Shown in pieces: positions 50,326 to 60,851 of a DNA stretch of 64,000 bases. The first letter of the stretch is position 1. Every line of letters starts with the position of its first letter. Location of the stretch: contig CAZSFP010000002.1 of NCBI GenBank assembly GCA_964606285.1, forward strand, positions 43,890 through 107,889, read 5' to 3'. Source of the stretch: an uncultured Candidatus Saccharibacteria bacterium. Its GTDB lineage: Bacteria; Patescibacteriota; Minisyncoccia; Phycocordibacterales; UBA9973. The position numbers were made by a program, and so were the translations under genes. The notes under the pieces were generated by a model. The model was not told the origin of the DNA. It ran no database searches and saw nothing but the letters and a program-made list of their open reading frames with translations.

Positions 50326-52305
50326 ATGAAGCAAGACACTATTACTTATTTTGCAGAAACGGATTATCGTAACAAACGAACGCGTTTTGGTATCAAAGCG
50401 TCTGATCGGTCTCGTCATATGTATGTCATCGGAAAGACGGGTATGGGTAAATCGACTCTTTTGGAAAATATGGCCATTCAGGACATTCAGAATGGTGAAG
50501 GTATGGCGTTTATCGATCCGCACGGTGGCACCGTCGAAAAACTCCTCGATTATATTCCTGAGCATCGCATCCAAGACGTTGTTTATTTCGCACCGTTCGA
50601 TCTCGAATATCCGATGGCGTTCAATGTCATGGAAAATATCGGTGCTGACAAACGACACCTTGTTGCTTCAGGTCTCATGAGTACATTCAAAAAAATCTGG
50701 GTGGATGCATGGAGCGCCCGCATGGAATACATATTGAACAATACGATTCTTGCGTTGCTTGAATATCCGGAAGCGACCCTCATGGGTGTCAACAAAATGC
50801 TCTCGGATAAAGAATTTCGAAAAACTGTTCTCGAGCACGTGACTGACCCGTCAGTCAAATCTTTTTGGATAGATGAATTTGCGAAATATACCGAACGTAT
50901 GGCGCAAGAGGCTGTGCCTGCGATTCAAAACAAGATTGGTCAGTTTACTGCCAATCCACTCATTCGAAATATTATTTCCCAGCCGACATCATCATTTGAT
51001 ATTCGTGACATGATGGACAAGAAAAAAATACTTCTCATTAACTTGTCCAAGGGCCGGATCGGCGAACAAAACGCTGCACTCCTCGGTGGTATGCTTATCA
51101 CAAAGATTTATCTCGCAGCAATGTCGCGTGCTGATATATCTGCATCGACCCTTGAATCTTTGCCGTCATTTTATTTCTTTGTTGATGAATTCCAGTCTTT
51201 TGCCAGTGATAGTTTTGCGGATATTCTTTCTGAGGCCAGAAAATACAAGCTTGCGATGACGATTACTCACCAGTACGTCGAACAAATGGGAGACGAAGTC
51301 AAGGCGGCGGTGTTCGGTAACGTCGGTACCATGGTGATTTTCCGTGTAGGTTCGACTGATGCGGATATTTTTGAAAAAGAATTTGCCCCTGTGTTTACTG
51401 CTGAAGACATCGTAAATCTCGACAAACGGCAGATTTATCTCCGTCTCATGATTGATGGTGTCGGATCAAAACCATTTTCTGCCGTCACGTTGCCGCCGAT
51501 CCAGATCGCAGGTGGTGTATCGTTTCGTGAACAGGTTATTGCAGCATCACGACAACAATATACGACTGATCGAAAGATTGTTGAAGATAAAATCAAAATT
51601 TGGATTGAAGCGGGTCGCGATACAACTGAGAAGAAGCCTAAAAAGCCGTACGATCCTTCCTATGTGCCGAAATCGTATCAAGGTCAGCAAGGGACACAGT
51701 ATCAATCTCAGTCTCCATCGCAATCATCATATCAACAGCCACAGACACAACCATACAAAAAACCATTTGCGCCACGACCGTCTGGTCCGTCGCCGAAACT
51801 ACATGATCTTCTGCAAAAACTTGAAGCAGGAGATATTGTGCCAGTTGAAGATATACAGCCGGTAGTACAAAAAGAAATTGTAAAACCAGTCATTCCTCCG
51901 CCGCCGGTAGTCAATAAAATTCCAGCCGCGGAAGCAAAATCTCACTTCACTGAAGTTCGTCTACCGGACGGACAAGTTTCTCGGGATAAAGAAGAAAAAA
52001 ATATTTCGCACGCACCACATGGGTCACTTCGAGATGCTCCACTCAAACCACAAGGCCTCGCGCCAAAAATGGCGGCAAAAGTTACCGGCAAGAACAATGA
52101 TGTCTTGAAACAAGCACTTGCCCGAGCGCTTGAAAAAAAGGTCCTCCAACCAGCAGAAACGGTTTCATCGCAAGAATCAGTTGTATCAGCATCAAGTGCT
52201 GTTCCAGAAAAAAAAGAAGAACCTGTGCTACAGTCTCCACAGCAACAGTCACCACAAAAGAAACGAGAAGTACCTGAAGATGTATTGCGACGAATTCTTG
52301 AATAA
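50326..52305 (+). CDS. VirD4/TraD-like P-loop ATPase with disordered Q/P-rich tail
   Basis: GKTGMGKS, IDPHG, FVDEFQ, LSEARKYKL; paralog of 12413-15136. Confidence 0.88.
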   Translation: MKQDTITYFAETDYRNKRTRFGIKASDRSRHMYVIGKTGMGKSTLLENMAIQDIQNGEGMAFIDPHGGTVEKLLDYIPEHRIQDVVYFAPFDLEYPMAFNVMENIGADKRHLVASGLMSTFKKIWVDAWSARMEYILNNTILALLEYPEATLMGVNKMLSDKEFRKTVLEHVTDPSVKSFWIDEFAKYTERMAQEAVPAIQNKIGQFTANPLIRNIISQPTSSFDIRDMMDKKKILLINLSKGRIGEQNAALLGGMLITKIYLAAMSRADISASTLESLPSFYFFVDEFQSFASDSFADILSEARKYKLAMTITHQYVEQMGDEVKAAVFGNVGTMVIFRVGSTDADIFEKEFAPVFTAEDIVNLDKRQIYLRLMIDGVGSKPFSAVTLPPIQIAGGVSFREQVIAASRQQYTTDRKIVEDKIKIWIEAGRDTTEKKPKKPYDPSYVPKSYQGQQGTQYQSQSPSQSSYQQPQTQPYKKPFAPRPSGPSPKLHDLLQKLEAGDIVPVEDIQPVVQKEIVKPVIPPPPVVNKIPAAEAKSHFTEVRLPDGQVSRDKEEKNISHAPHGSLRDAPLKPQGLAPKMAAKVTGKNNDVLKQALARALEKKVLQPAETVSSQESVVSASSAVPEKKEEPVLQSPQQQSPQKKREVPEDVLRRILE

Positions 52306-52316
52306 AATAAACTCGT

Positions 52317-53699
52317 ATGAAAAAGATTTTCCTTCTCAGTCTATCTTTTATATCAGTTCATGCTTGTCATGCTTCGGTCATGTTTTCTGAAATCATGTAT
52401 GATCTCGATGGTACTGATACGGATCGTGAATGGGTAGAAATTTATAACGGAGGATCTGACAGCATTGATCTGTCTACTTGGAAATTTTTTGAAGGAAATA
52501 CAAATCACAGTCTCGTTCCTGTAGACGGTAGTGGAACACTTGCTGCAAATACGTATGCAGTTATCGCTGATAAACCAGATACTTTTCGAATTGACTGGCC
52601 GAATTATTCTGGACTGTTGTTTGATTCAAGTTTTTCTCTAACTAATGATCCGGGTGAGACATTGTCACTCAAGGACGCAAGTCTTGCCGTTATTGATACG
52701 ATAACATATACGAATACCAGTGGTGCTCAAGGTGACGGAAATTCCTTGCAGAAAATGAACAGTATTTTGATATCAGCAGCACCTACTCCAGGTGCAGTAA
52801 ATAGTGCTGGTGATTCAGGGGGAGGTGATTCATCACTGGCTGATAGTAGTGGATCTATAGCACCTGCTCCCAAAATCATAGAATCGACAGTCTCTAAAAT
52901 ACAAACTGATATCATCGTACCGCAGACGATTTTTTCCGGCATTTCATTTCAATGTAAAACAAAAACAATCGGTTTTGCATCTGAGAATAGAAATCACGGT
53001 TCGTGGATATGGTCATTTGGTGATGGAAACGCAATTGAGCAAAAAACAAATGATCCATTTTCTTGTATGTATGAATATCCTGGGACATATGTGATGACAC
53101 TTGCGTATAGAACAAATCCATATCTTCCGGAACCCGATGCGACGGACCGTGTTCTTGTTACGGTGGTTGCACCAGATTTGGTTATTTCATCACTGTTGCC
53201 TGACGGGGGAGTAGTACTCAAAAATATGTCGTCGAAAGAAATCGATGTTTCAGGTTGGAAAATAACACGAGGTGCAACAGTGTTTGTATTTCCATCAACA
53301 ACTATTTTTCTTCCAAACAAAGAACTGACTATTAGTCAAAAACATTCTCATCTCTCAACTGATATTCCTGTAACACTTTTCAATCCCGCTGGTGATAGTA
53401 TTTCGATATTTCCCACACCTGTTGTCTCGAAATTTTCTTCAGGTGTTTCATCTACTGTTCGTACTACTTCTCCATCGTCTTCGAGAGTATATACACCTAT
53501 TGCACCAGAAACAGCAGAGAAAAAAGACGGTGCATTGCTCGCGAGTGTCGCAGCTGTACCGGCTGCAAAAAAACCCTGGAAAGCAGTTTTACCGTTTGCT
53601 GGATTTGCGCTTGTCTCTGGTCTCGGTGGTTATACGTGGTGGCGGTACTCAAGACCTCCAAAGGTGGAAGATGAGGATGACTATGAAATAGTTGAATAA
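52317..53699 (+). CDS. Lamin-tail-domain / PKD surface protein with C-terminal TM
   Basis: SEIMYD..GTD..REWVEIYN...DLS.W (LTD); WSFGDG...YEYPGTY (PKD); second LTD-like segment. Confidence 0.8.
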   Translation: MKKIFLLSLSFISVHACHASVMFSEIMYDLDGTDTDREWVEIYNGGSDSIDLSTWKFFEGNTNHSLVPVDGSGTLAANTYAVIADKPDTFRIDWPNYSGLLFDSSFSLTNDPGETLSLKDASLAVIDTITYTNTSGAQGDGNSLQKMNSILISAAPTPGAVNSAGDSGGGDSSLADSSGSIAPAPKIIESTVSKIQTDIIVPQTIFSGISFQCKTKTIGFASENRNHGSWIWSFGDGNAIEQKTNDPFSCMYEYPGTYVMTLAYRTNPYLPEPDATDRVLVTVVAPDLVISSLLPDGGVVLKNMSSKEIDVSGWKITRGATVFVFPSTTIFLPNKELTISQKHSHLSTDIPVTLFNPAGDSISIFPTPVVSKFSSGVSSTVRTTSPSSSRVYTPIAPETAEKKDGALLASVAAVPAAKKPWKAVLPFAGFALVSGLGGYTWWRYSRPPKVEDEDDYEIVE

Positions 53700-53731
53700 T
53701 AAAAACTCTGTGGTCACAGAGTTTTTATTAT

Positions 53732-54436
53732 TTATCGGACGGTATTTGTAAAGTTAAATGACACAGACGTATTGTCTTTTATCGTTATAATCTTTTCTGT
53801 ATTTGTTCTGATATTTCCGATTGGTGGGAGAATGATAGTATAGGATCCATTAACAAGTGTTGTTTCAAATGTACCTGATGGATTGATAGTGACAGAAGTT
53901 ATTGCACCGGTTGAGGATCTGATAGATGCGGACATGTTTTCAAAGACATACAGTGGACACTCACCTTTATGTGTTGCTTCACAGACATTTGTTACTGTAA
54001 TAACTCCCGTAAGTGTGTGTGATGCTACAGCTGGGGTACTGTTGGTCATGGTGTCATTTCCTCCGGATGTTGTTTGTTCTCCTGTTGTGTCAGGAATTTT
54101 TGCCGCAGGTTCCATGAAGGTTGTCGATTCTATTTGAGTAGAAGAAACAGTTTCAAGAGGGATCGGTTCTATCAACATAGATTTGAAAGGATAGAGCGTA
54201 TCACCGGGATTTGCTTTTGTTGCAAAAAATGTCAAGCCGCTTGTTGCAATAACGAGACCAAGTGTGAGAAAAACCGCACCTTCGAGTAACTTGCTCGTAT
54301 ACCATGGCGAACGAATAGGGGCGCTCACTGGGTGTTTGGCGACGAACATCGAAATCTGCGCGCGTATGCGTGATTTTTCTTCAGCGGTCATGCTGATGTT
54401 TTTTAGTTCTTTGATTGTTTCGTTGAAGTTGTTCAT
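53732..54436 (-). CDS. Putative anti-sigma membrane protein
   Basis: Overlaps the ECF sigma stop; N-terminal helix, TM, then A.PGD.LYP.K motif and an extracellular domain. Confidence 0.6.
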   Translation of the reverse strand: MNNFNETIKELKNISMTAEEKSRIRAQISMFVAKHPVSAPIRSPWYTSKLLEGAVFLTLGLVIATSGLTFFATKANPGDTLYPFKSMLIEPIPLETVSSTQIESTTFMEPAAKIPDTTGEQTTSGGNDTMTNSTPAVASHTLTGVITVTNVCEATHKGECPLYVFENMSASIRSSTGAITSVTINPSGTFETTLVNGSYTIILPPIGNIRTNTEKIITIKDNTSVSFNFTNTVR

Positions 54437-54963
54437 AGAGGTTCTGGAACGTCGCTACCGAGCACTGTTTTCAATTTCTCGAGACCGCGATGGATTTTGA
54501 CTGATGTGGCGTTCTCACTGGCACCAGTGATCTCAGCTATTTCTTTGATTGAGAGATCATCAATATATCGAAGCGTCAGGACATCGCGATATTTCTCATC
54601 AAGAGTTGATAGTGCATCGCGAGCACGCGTGGCATCAAAGATCGTTTCGTGCCGTTCTGTGACATCAACAGAATCTTTGATGTCAAACGTTTCTACTTCG
54701 AGCATCGCATCGAGAGAATAGGATTTTTTCTTGCGACGGTAATCAATGATCAGATTGGTCGCGACTTTGTATAAAAAGGGACGGATCTGATCAACTTTTT
54801 TGCCAGCAGAGAGATATTCCCATGTTTTCGTAAATGTGTCCTGTGCGAGATCGAGTGCGAGCTGGTGGTCGCTCGTCTGAATTTTGCAGTAGCGAAAAAT
54901 AGCATCCGCATACATCTCGTATGCTTCGAGGAATTCTGTCTCGATGTGTTGCCCGGTTGTCAT
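54433..54963 (-). CDS. ECF RNA polymerase sigma factor
   Basis: Region 2 (Y...IFRYC...ALDLAQDTF.K.W...FLYKVA.N..IDYRRK) and region 4 (LSIKEIAEI...V.IHRG). Confidence 0.92.
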   Translation of the reverse strand: MTTGQHIETEFLEAYEMYADAIFRYCKIQTSDHQLALDLAQDTFTKTWEYLSAGKKVDQIRPFLYKVATNLIIDYRRKKKSYSLDAMLEVETFDIKDSVDVTERHETIFDATRARDALSTLDEKYRDVLTLRYIDDLSIKEIAEITGASENATSVKIHRGLEKLKTVLGSDVPEPL

Positions 54964-55060
54964 GTTGCTTTGATATAGAGACGGAAGACATAGTGTCTTC
55001 TTACAAGGTAAGTATACGAATTTTAGCCTGATAAGAAAAGGGGAAAACAAACAAGCCCGG

Positions 55061-55231
55061 CTATTTAGCACGGGCTGTTTTTCTTTCTTTCTTTTGTTCA
55101 AAATGCATTTGAAGGAGAACACATCCTGCGATGACTGCGAAGCCAAGTATAGAAGTGATAATCCCCGTTTTCATGTCAGTAACATCTGTGTGAATAAATG
55201 AAGAAAGAATGTCGATAAATTTTGATTTCAT
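55061..55231 (-). CDS. Small single-TM protein (56 aa)
   Basis: MKSKFIDILSSFIHTDVTDMKTGIITSILGFAVIAGCVLLQMHFEQKKERKTARAK; below ORF-track cutoff. Confidence 0.5.
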   Translation of the reverse strand: MKSKFIDILSSFIHTDVTDMKTGIITSILGFAVIAGCVLLQMHFEQKKERKTARAK

Positions 55232-55338
55232 TTTTTTATTTTTTTGTTCGTTTCACCTAATATGACGACACATATTTGCATATCTTACAAGGTTTAGAAA
55301 ACCTTTTAAAAATAAGGGTTATATGGCATACTTGGGTC

Positions 55339-56562
55339 ATGCAGCAGAAAAAGAAGGTTGTTATCGTCGGTGGCGGATTTGGTGGTATACGTACCGCCCG
55401 CGCACTTGATCGTTACCGAGATAGTCTCGATGTTATTCTTATTTCTGACAAAACATACTTTGAATATTATCCCGCATTGTATCGCCTCGTCACTGGTGCA
55501 TCACCGATCGAGGCCTGTGTATCACTCGAAGAAATGCTCTCTGGTACCGAGACATTAATCGTGCATGACAAGATCGTCTCAGTCGATAGTACACAAAAAT
55601 CTTGTACGGGAGCAAGTGGGGAAACATATCATGGTGATGCACTCGTACTTGCGCTTGGTAGTCAAACCGCATACTTCAATATTCCCGGACTTCCTGATCT
55701 TTCGTTTGGTTTCAAATCAGTCCACGAAGCACTTGAACTTAAAAAACATCTGCATGATTTATTTGTTTCCTGCAAAGATTCTCTGAAAGACGAATTGGTC
55801 TCTCATTTTCATGTTGTTATCGTCGGTGGCGGCGCATCTGGTGTTGAAGTTGCAGGTGATATGTCAGCGTTCCTTAAAAAAATTGCAAAGAAACACAATG
55901 TGACGCCGTCGTTCGTAACGATTGATATTGTTGAGGCTGCACCGCGACTGATCGCACAAATGCCGGAGAAAGTTTCAGGTCGTATCGAGGCACGACTTCG
56001 AAAAAATGGCGTGAATATATTTCTCAACCGCGCCCTTGTTCGCGAAGAAGTCGAAGGGGTCTATATGAAAGACATGTCGCTCGATGCAAAGACAGTGATT
56101 TGGACCGCGGGAACAGAAGTTAATCCGCTTTATAAAACTATCAGTGGTTTTTCTTTCAATCAAAAAGGCCGTGTCCTCGTCAATGAATATCTGGAAGCAA
56201 AAAACATTTCTGGGGTTTATATCGTCGGAGATGGGGCAGATACGCCGTATACTGGTCTTGCTCAAACTGCGATCCATAATGCGGATTTTGTCGCAAAAGA
56301 CATCGGACGAATACTTGTTGGAAACAAAAAACGATCTGTCTATGAACCTCGAAAAACAGCATTTGTCATTCCTGTGGGGGACGATTGGGCAATTTTTTCA
56401 TATAAACAATTCATGTTTTCTGGTTGGTTTGCATATCTCCTTCGTCATGTTGTTGATTTTCAATTCTTTGCTCGAACCGTTTCGATTTCAACATTATTCG
56501 CTATATTTTTTCGTGGATGGAAATATCGTTCCATCGATGAAGACTGTCCACTATGCCGATAA
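55339..56562 (+). CDS. ndh: Type II NADH dehydrogenase-like FAD oxidoreductase
   Basis: VVIVGGGFGG; VIVGGGASGVEVAG; IWTAG; GD...AQTA. Confidence 0.85.
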   Translation: MQQKKKVVIVGGGFGGIRTARALDRYRDSLDVILISDKTYFEYYPALYRLVTGASPIEACVSLEEMLSGTETLIVHDKIVSVDSTQKSCTGASGETYHGDALVLALGSQTAYFNIPGLPDLSFGFKSVHEALELKKHLHDLFVSCKDSLKDELVSHFHVVIVGGGASGVEVAGDMSAFLKKIAKKHNVTPSFVTIDIVEAAPRLIAQMPEKVSGRIEARLRKNGVNIFLNRALVREEVEGVYMKDMSLDAKTVIWTAGTEVNPLYKTISGFSFNQKGRVLVNEYLEAKNISGVYIVGDGADTPYTGLAQTAIHNADFVAKDIGRILVGNKKRSVYEPRKTAFVIPVGDDWAIFSYKQFMFSGWFAYLLRHVVDFQFFARTVSISTLFAIFFRGWKYRSIDEDCPLCR

Positions 56563-57329
56563 AAAAACCAACAACCTGGAGTGCTGTTGCGCCGTGGTAT
56601 GACACACTGCTTGAAGGCAGTGCTGACACGTATCAGAGTGCAGTTATCGCACCGAATCTGCTTCGCGTGCTTGATCTCAAAAAAGGGGACAAAGTACTCG
56701 ACCTCGCGTGTGGTCAGGGATTTTTTAGTCGATTGCTTCATGATGCCGGTGCACGCGTGACCGGTGCTGACATATCCGCTGAGTTGATCGCCATCGCCAA
56801 AGAACGTTCACCAAAAGACATATCTTACAAAATTTCTCCATCGCATTCGTTGCCATTTATGACTGACTTGGGGCAAGACGCAGTGCTCATCGTGCTAGCT
56901 CTCGAAAATATCAAGGATGTTGCCGGAACGCTTGTCGAAGCATCCCGCGTACTTCTTCCAAATGGTCACATCTCGATCGTACTTATGCATCCGGCATTTC
57001 GTATTCCTCGCGACAGTGGGTGGATGTATGATGCACCAACACAGAAACAAATGCGCACTATCTCATCGTATCTCTCTGAGAAAGAATACGAGATCGTCAT
57101 GAATCCCGGAGAAACGAATAAAAACAAACAAGTCAAAACCATTTCCTATCACCGATCACTCCAGTGGTACATGAAAACATTTCGCAAGGCCGGTCTCGCC
57201 ATCACTCGTCTCGAAGAATGGATATCTCACAAAGAATCAGGCAAGGGTCCGCGCAAAGCGACTGAGGATACTGCTCGCAAAGAAATACCTATGTTTCTCT
57301 ATGTAGAATTGGTAAAAATCACAAAATAA
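56553..57329 (+). CDS. Class I SAM-dependent methyltransferase
   Basis: VLDLACGQG motif I; GADIS. Confidence 0.9.
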   Translation: MPIKKPTTWSAVAPWYDTLLEGSADTYQSAVIAPNLLRVLDLKKGDKVLDLACGQGFFSRLLHDAGARVTGADISAELIAIAKERSPKDISYKISPSHSLPFMTDLGQDAVLIVLALENIKDVAGTLVEASRVLLPNGHISIVLMHPAFRIPRDSGWMYDAPTQKQMRTISSYLSEKEYEIVMNPGETNKNKQVKTISYHRSLQWYMKTFRKAGLAITRLEEWISHKESGKGPRKATEDTARKEIPMFLYVELVKITK

Positions 57330-57456
57330 CCCTTTGTTTTCAATGGTTCTATACCATTGACTTTGTGTATAAATATGCTATAATTATACCGAGGCAGAAT
57401 TACTCTGCAATCGTGTACCGGCATTTCCGGAGTCCTTTAAAAAAACTTAAAAAAGT

Positions 57457-58245
57457 ATGGGACAGAAACAAGAAGAAAGAACAAATCAAATTCTTTCAAA
57501 CACAGAAACAGACGGTCGCATATCGTCCGGAAAAATATATGCGTGTGGATTTCCAATTTTATTTTCTGACAGAGAACTTTTCTGTTGGGGGGTGAAAAAC
57601 AATTTCAAAGGGCAGATATGCTCCAAGGGAGTTGGGTCAACAGCAACTCCTGCGGATCAACCAGGTTCAGCTTTTGAAAGAAATTTGGCGCACCTCATGC
57701 AGCTGGCTGGATTCAATCATTCAGAAAGATCTACCCTCCTGAAAGTATTCAATTTTCAGTTGGAAAAAAATGTTCCAGAAAGGAAAATTCCTTTCTGTAC
57801 CATGGTGCGTGCGTTCATGGAAAAAACCGGAACATATCCGGTACGGTTTCTCAATCCCTTCAAGGGAGATGGTGGCGTGTTTAACCCAAACAGGGCACCA
57901 AAACCGGATCAGTTTTTTTATCCAGTGCTGAGTGTTGTTATCCCACACGGGGATGACACCAAAGTAACAGATGTGAGTAATCTCCGATTGCTTACCCAGG
58001 GAAGTGATCTGCAACGGGATAACTTTGACCCGACAGCATCGGACCCAGACTGGAGAGGGATATGGACCGGAAAAAATCTCGAGAACATCGAGAGAAGTAT
58101 GACTCTGAGTCATATCGACCCATTCAAAAAAAGTTTAGAAGTGATGAAGATTCACTTTAAAGAACTGCAGGAAAATGTAGGGGATGCAAAAAGATATGAG
58201 TATTATAATACTCGAGTAAAACTTTTACAGAAACTTTTGTCCTAA
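57457..58245 (+). CDS. Hypothetical protein
   Basis: 262-aa ORF with own promoter TTGACT-16-TATAAT (57357-57384) and terminator. Confidence 0.7.
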   Translation: MGQKQEERTNQILSNTETDGRISSGKIYACGFPILFSDRELFCWGVKNNFKGQICSKGVGSTATPADQPGSAFERNLAHLMQLAGFNHSERSTLLKVFNFQLEKNVPERKIPFCTMVRAFMEKTGTYPVRFLNPFKGDGGVFNPNRAPKPDQFFYPVLSVVIPHGDDTKVTDVSNLRLLTQGSDLQRDNFDPTASDPDWRGIWTGKNLENIERSMTLSHIDPFKKSLEVMKIHFKELQENVGDAKRYEYYNTRVKLLQKLLS

Positions 58246-58456
58246 CAATCAAAGTAAAACCGCACAATCTATCGATGTTGATATCGACAGCGCTTGTGCG
58301 GTTTTTTTATTGTAACAAAACCAGAATAAGGCCGTCTGTATAAGGGAAATAGGGGTTTTTTAGGTATTGACTTTTCATACACAATATGATACAATATTCC
58401 CAAAGGAGGTAACTCCATCGCGCACCGCGAAACTGTGCTTTTTAAAAAACATTAAA

Positions 58457-59242
58457 ATGAAATATATTTTAATCATAGTTCTTGCAATTGTTGTCGGTCT
58501 TACTTCATGTAAACCCGCAAAAGAAGTTTCAAAAGCTGAATCAAAAAAAACTGAAAAGAAAAAAGAAACAAAACAACAGGATACTTTAACCATGAGTGTT
58601 GGAACAATAGAAAAATATGTTCTTGACGCAGAAAAGATGAAAAGTATGCAATATTACCTGAAGGGAAATATTGAGCTGTACTCAAAAAATCCTGCTGATA
58701 CACTCAGTGTGTCACTTTCATCGAAGGTTGATGAAAGTGGAAAATTATTGGTTGGGAAGAAAGGAAATACTCCCGATATAGTGATTCCGAGTGGAACACC
58801 TTGTATCGTGGCAAGTGTTGAAGGTATAGATATATTTGTGCAGTTTTCGACAGATAAAGAAAAGCAGATAAAATTTATGCCACATCTTACTGATAGTATT
58901 TATTATCCTCTTGGAAAATTAAGTAAAAAGATTTACTACGGAGGACAGGTAATGTACATCTCAGAAGAAAGTTTGAATGCACGTTTTGTTTTTTTGAAAG
59001 ATAATTTACCACAGACCAGTAATTCACAAACAGAAAGTGGAGTAACTATTTTTCAAAAAGATGCTCTTCCGGAGGGTTCTGGAGTTCAAAAAAAATCTGG
59101 AAACAATGGAGAGTTTGGAAATTTTTCAATTCCCGGCAGTTCGGGTCAACAACAAACGCAACAAGAACAAAAACAGGAAACAAAACCTGCGAATCAAAAT
59201 CAACAACCAAAGAAAGGAGCGGATCGCTTCGATCTTCCTTGA
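58457..59242 (+). CDS. Putative lipoprotein
   Basis: MKYILIIVLAIVVGLTSC lipobox; promoter TTGACT-17-TACAAT (58367-58395); Q-rich tail; terminator. Confidence 0.75.
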   Translation: MKYILIIVLAIVVGLTSCKPAKEVSKAESKKTEKKKETKQQDTLTMSVGTIEKYVLDAEKMKSMQYYLKGNIELYSKNPADTLSVSLSSKVDESGKLLVGKKGNTPDIVIPSGTPCIVASVEGIDIFVQFSTDKEKQIKFMPHLTDSIYYPLGKLSKKIYYGGQVMYISEESLNARFVFLKDNLPQTSNSQTESGVTIFQKDALPEGSGVQKKSGNNGEFGNFSIPGSSGQQQTQQEQKQETKPANQNQQPKKGADRFDLP

Positions 59243-59341
59243 TGATGATTCATCAAATAAAAAATCCCCGCACAATCGTGGGGATTTTTTTTATTGTATA
59301 GGTGTTCTCTCCCTCTCCTAGTCTAGGAGAAGGGAATGCTT

Positions 59342-60115
59342 TTACAATACAAATACGAGAAATAAGATACCCACAACAATCCGATAAATGCCGAATGGAA
59401 TAAACGTATGATTGGATATGAACCGCAAGAGCCAGCGCATGGCGATATAGGCAACGATTGCCGCAGTGACAGCTCCGATACAGAGAAGCAGCCACTCGTG
59501 TGCTGTAAATGAAAAACCTGTTTTCAGGAGGTCGAGTCCGGTGGCGGCGCCGAGTGTTGGGATAGCGAGGAGAAATGAAAAATAGACGAGGCTCTTTCGT
59601 CCGATACCAATCAATCGTCCGCCAATGATTGTCGCACCTGAACGGGAAATACCGGGGATGAGAGCTATAGATTGGAAGAGACCAAGGAGAAATGACTGTT
59701 TGTAGGAAATGTCGCCAATTGATCGATCCTCAGGAAGTGACACATTTTCTTTTTTGAACCATTCGACGAGGATCATGATGATACCGCCGATAATGAGTGC
59801 CCAGGCAACGATCGCGGGATTATCGAGAAATTGTTTGACGTATTTGTATGCGAGGAGACCGATGATCGCAGTTGGTAGGAAGGCGATAGCAATTTTTTTG
59901 TATATTTCAACATTGTTCCAAATATCTTTTATCGCGAGAGCAAGAACAGAAATGATCGCGCCGCCTTGAATCACGATTTCAAATGTTTTTAAAAATTCTG
60001 TTGATTCGAGTCCGAGTAGATTACTCGCGAGAATTAAGTGTCCAGTCGAAGAGATGGGGAGGAATTCCGTGATTCCTTCAACGATACCGAGAATGATGGC
60101 GTGGAGGATGGTCAT
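59342..60115 (-). CDS. uppP: Undecaprenyl-diphosphatase
   Basis: GIVEGITEFLPISSTGH; PGISRSGATI; FSFLLAIP. Confidence 0.97.
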   Translation of the reverse strand: MTILHAIILGIVEGITEFLPISSTGHLILASNLLGLESTEFLKTFEIVIQGGAIISVLALAIKDIWNNVEIYKKIAIAFLPTAIIGLLAYKYVKQFLDNPAIVAWALIIGGIIMILVEWFKKENVSLPEDRSIGDISYKQSFLLGLFQSIALIPGISRSGATIIGGRLIGIGRKSLVYFSFLLAIPTLGAATGLDLLKTGFSFTAHEWLLLCIGAVTAAIVAYIAMRWLLRFISNHTFIPFGIYRIVVGILFLVFVL

Positions 60116-60117
60116 GG

Positions 60118-60807
60118 TTAGTTGTTGACCGCATAATACGTGCCGATGATAGCTGCAGTTTCACCACGAAGTACGGTTGGCGCGAGATGGATAAATGTTG
60201 CGCCATGTTTCTCTGCAAGCGCACGTTCCTTGTCAGTCCAACCACCTTCGGGTCCGACAAAAATTGCTTTATTTCCCGGTTTTTTCACTACATCTTTTTC
60301 CTCGGTGATTGTATCGCAAAATAGTATTTCTGTGTCTTTAGAAATACATGCAAATGCATCTTTGAGTGACATGATGTCATGAATTGTCGGAATATAAGCA
60401 CGGCCGGATTGTTCGGCTGCGTTGCGGGCGATCTTGTCCAATCGGTCGAGACGAATACCTGTTTTGATTGTTCGGTCAGTAAGAAGTGGTGTGAAATCAG
60501 TAATCCCGAGCTCGGTTGCTTTTTCGAGGGCGTATTCGGTATGTTCGCGTTTGAGCATGCCTAAAAATAGGTGAATTGTATGTGGTTGTTCATTTTTGTT
60601 TCGGCGTTTCTCAAGTATTTCGATGATAGGAATATCACCGATTCGGGTCATGGTTCCGTCGTATTCGAATCCGTCACCATTGAAGAGAATCACTCGTTCG
60701 TGAATCTTTATTCGAACGACATGGATATGATCAATCGCGACCGTGTCGACGATCGTGTTGGTGCCGAGGGCGAGATTTTGTTTGCAGAAAAATCGGTGAA
60801 TTTTCAT
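60118..60807 (-). CDS. rsmE: 16S rRNA m3U1498 methyltransferase
   Basis: EKATELG, AAEQSGR, GPEGG, LRGETAA. Confidence 0.95.
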   Translation of the reverse strand: MKIHRFFCKQNLALGTNTIVDTVAIDHIHVVRIKIHERVILFNGDGFEYDGTMTRIGDIPIIEILEKRRNKNEQPHTIHLFLGMLKREHTEYALEKATELGITDFTPLLTDRTIKTGIRLDRLDKIARNAAEQSGRAYIPTIHDIMSLKDAFACISKDTEILFCDTITEEKDVVKKPGNKAIFVGPEGGWTDKERALAEKHGATFIHLAPTVLRGETAAIIGTYYAVNN

Positions 60808-60851
60808 GATATAGCCAGAATACCACATTTTTGTTATGATGATATCTTCAT

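Noticed and set aside
54964-55146. 60-aa N-terminal extension of the ECF sigma factor
   Set aside because: Crosses a terminator-like hairpin and a better small ORF in another frame; sigma homology starts at ATG 54963.
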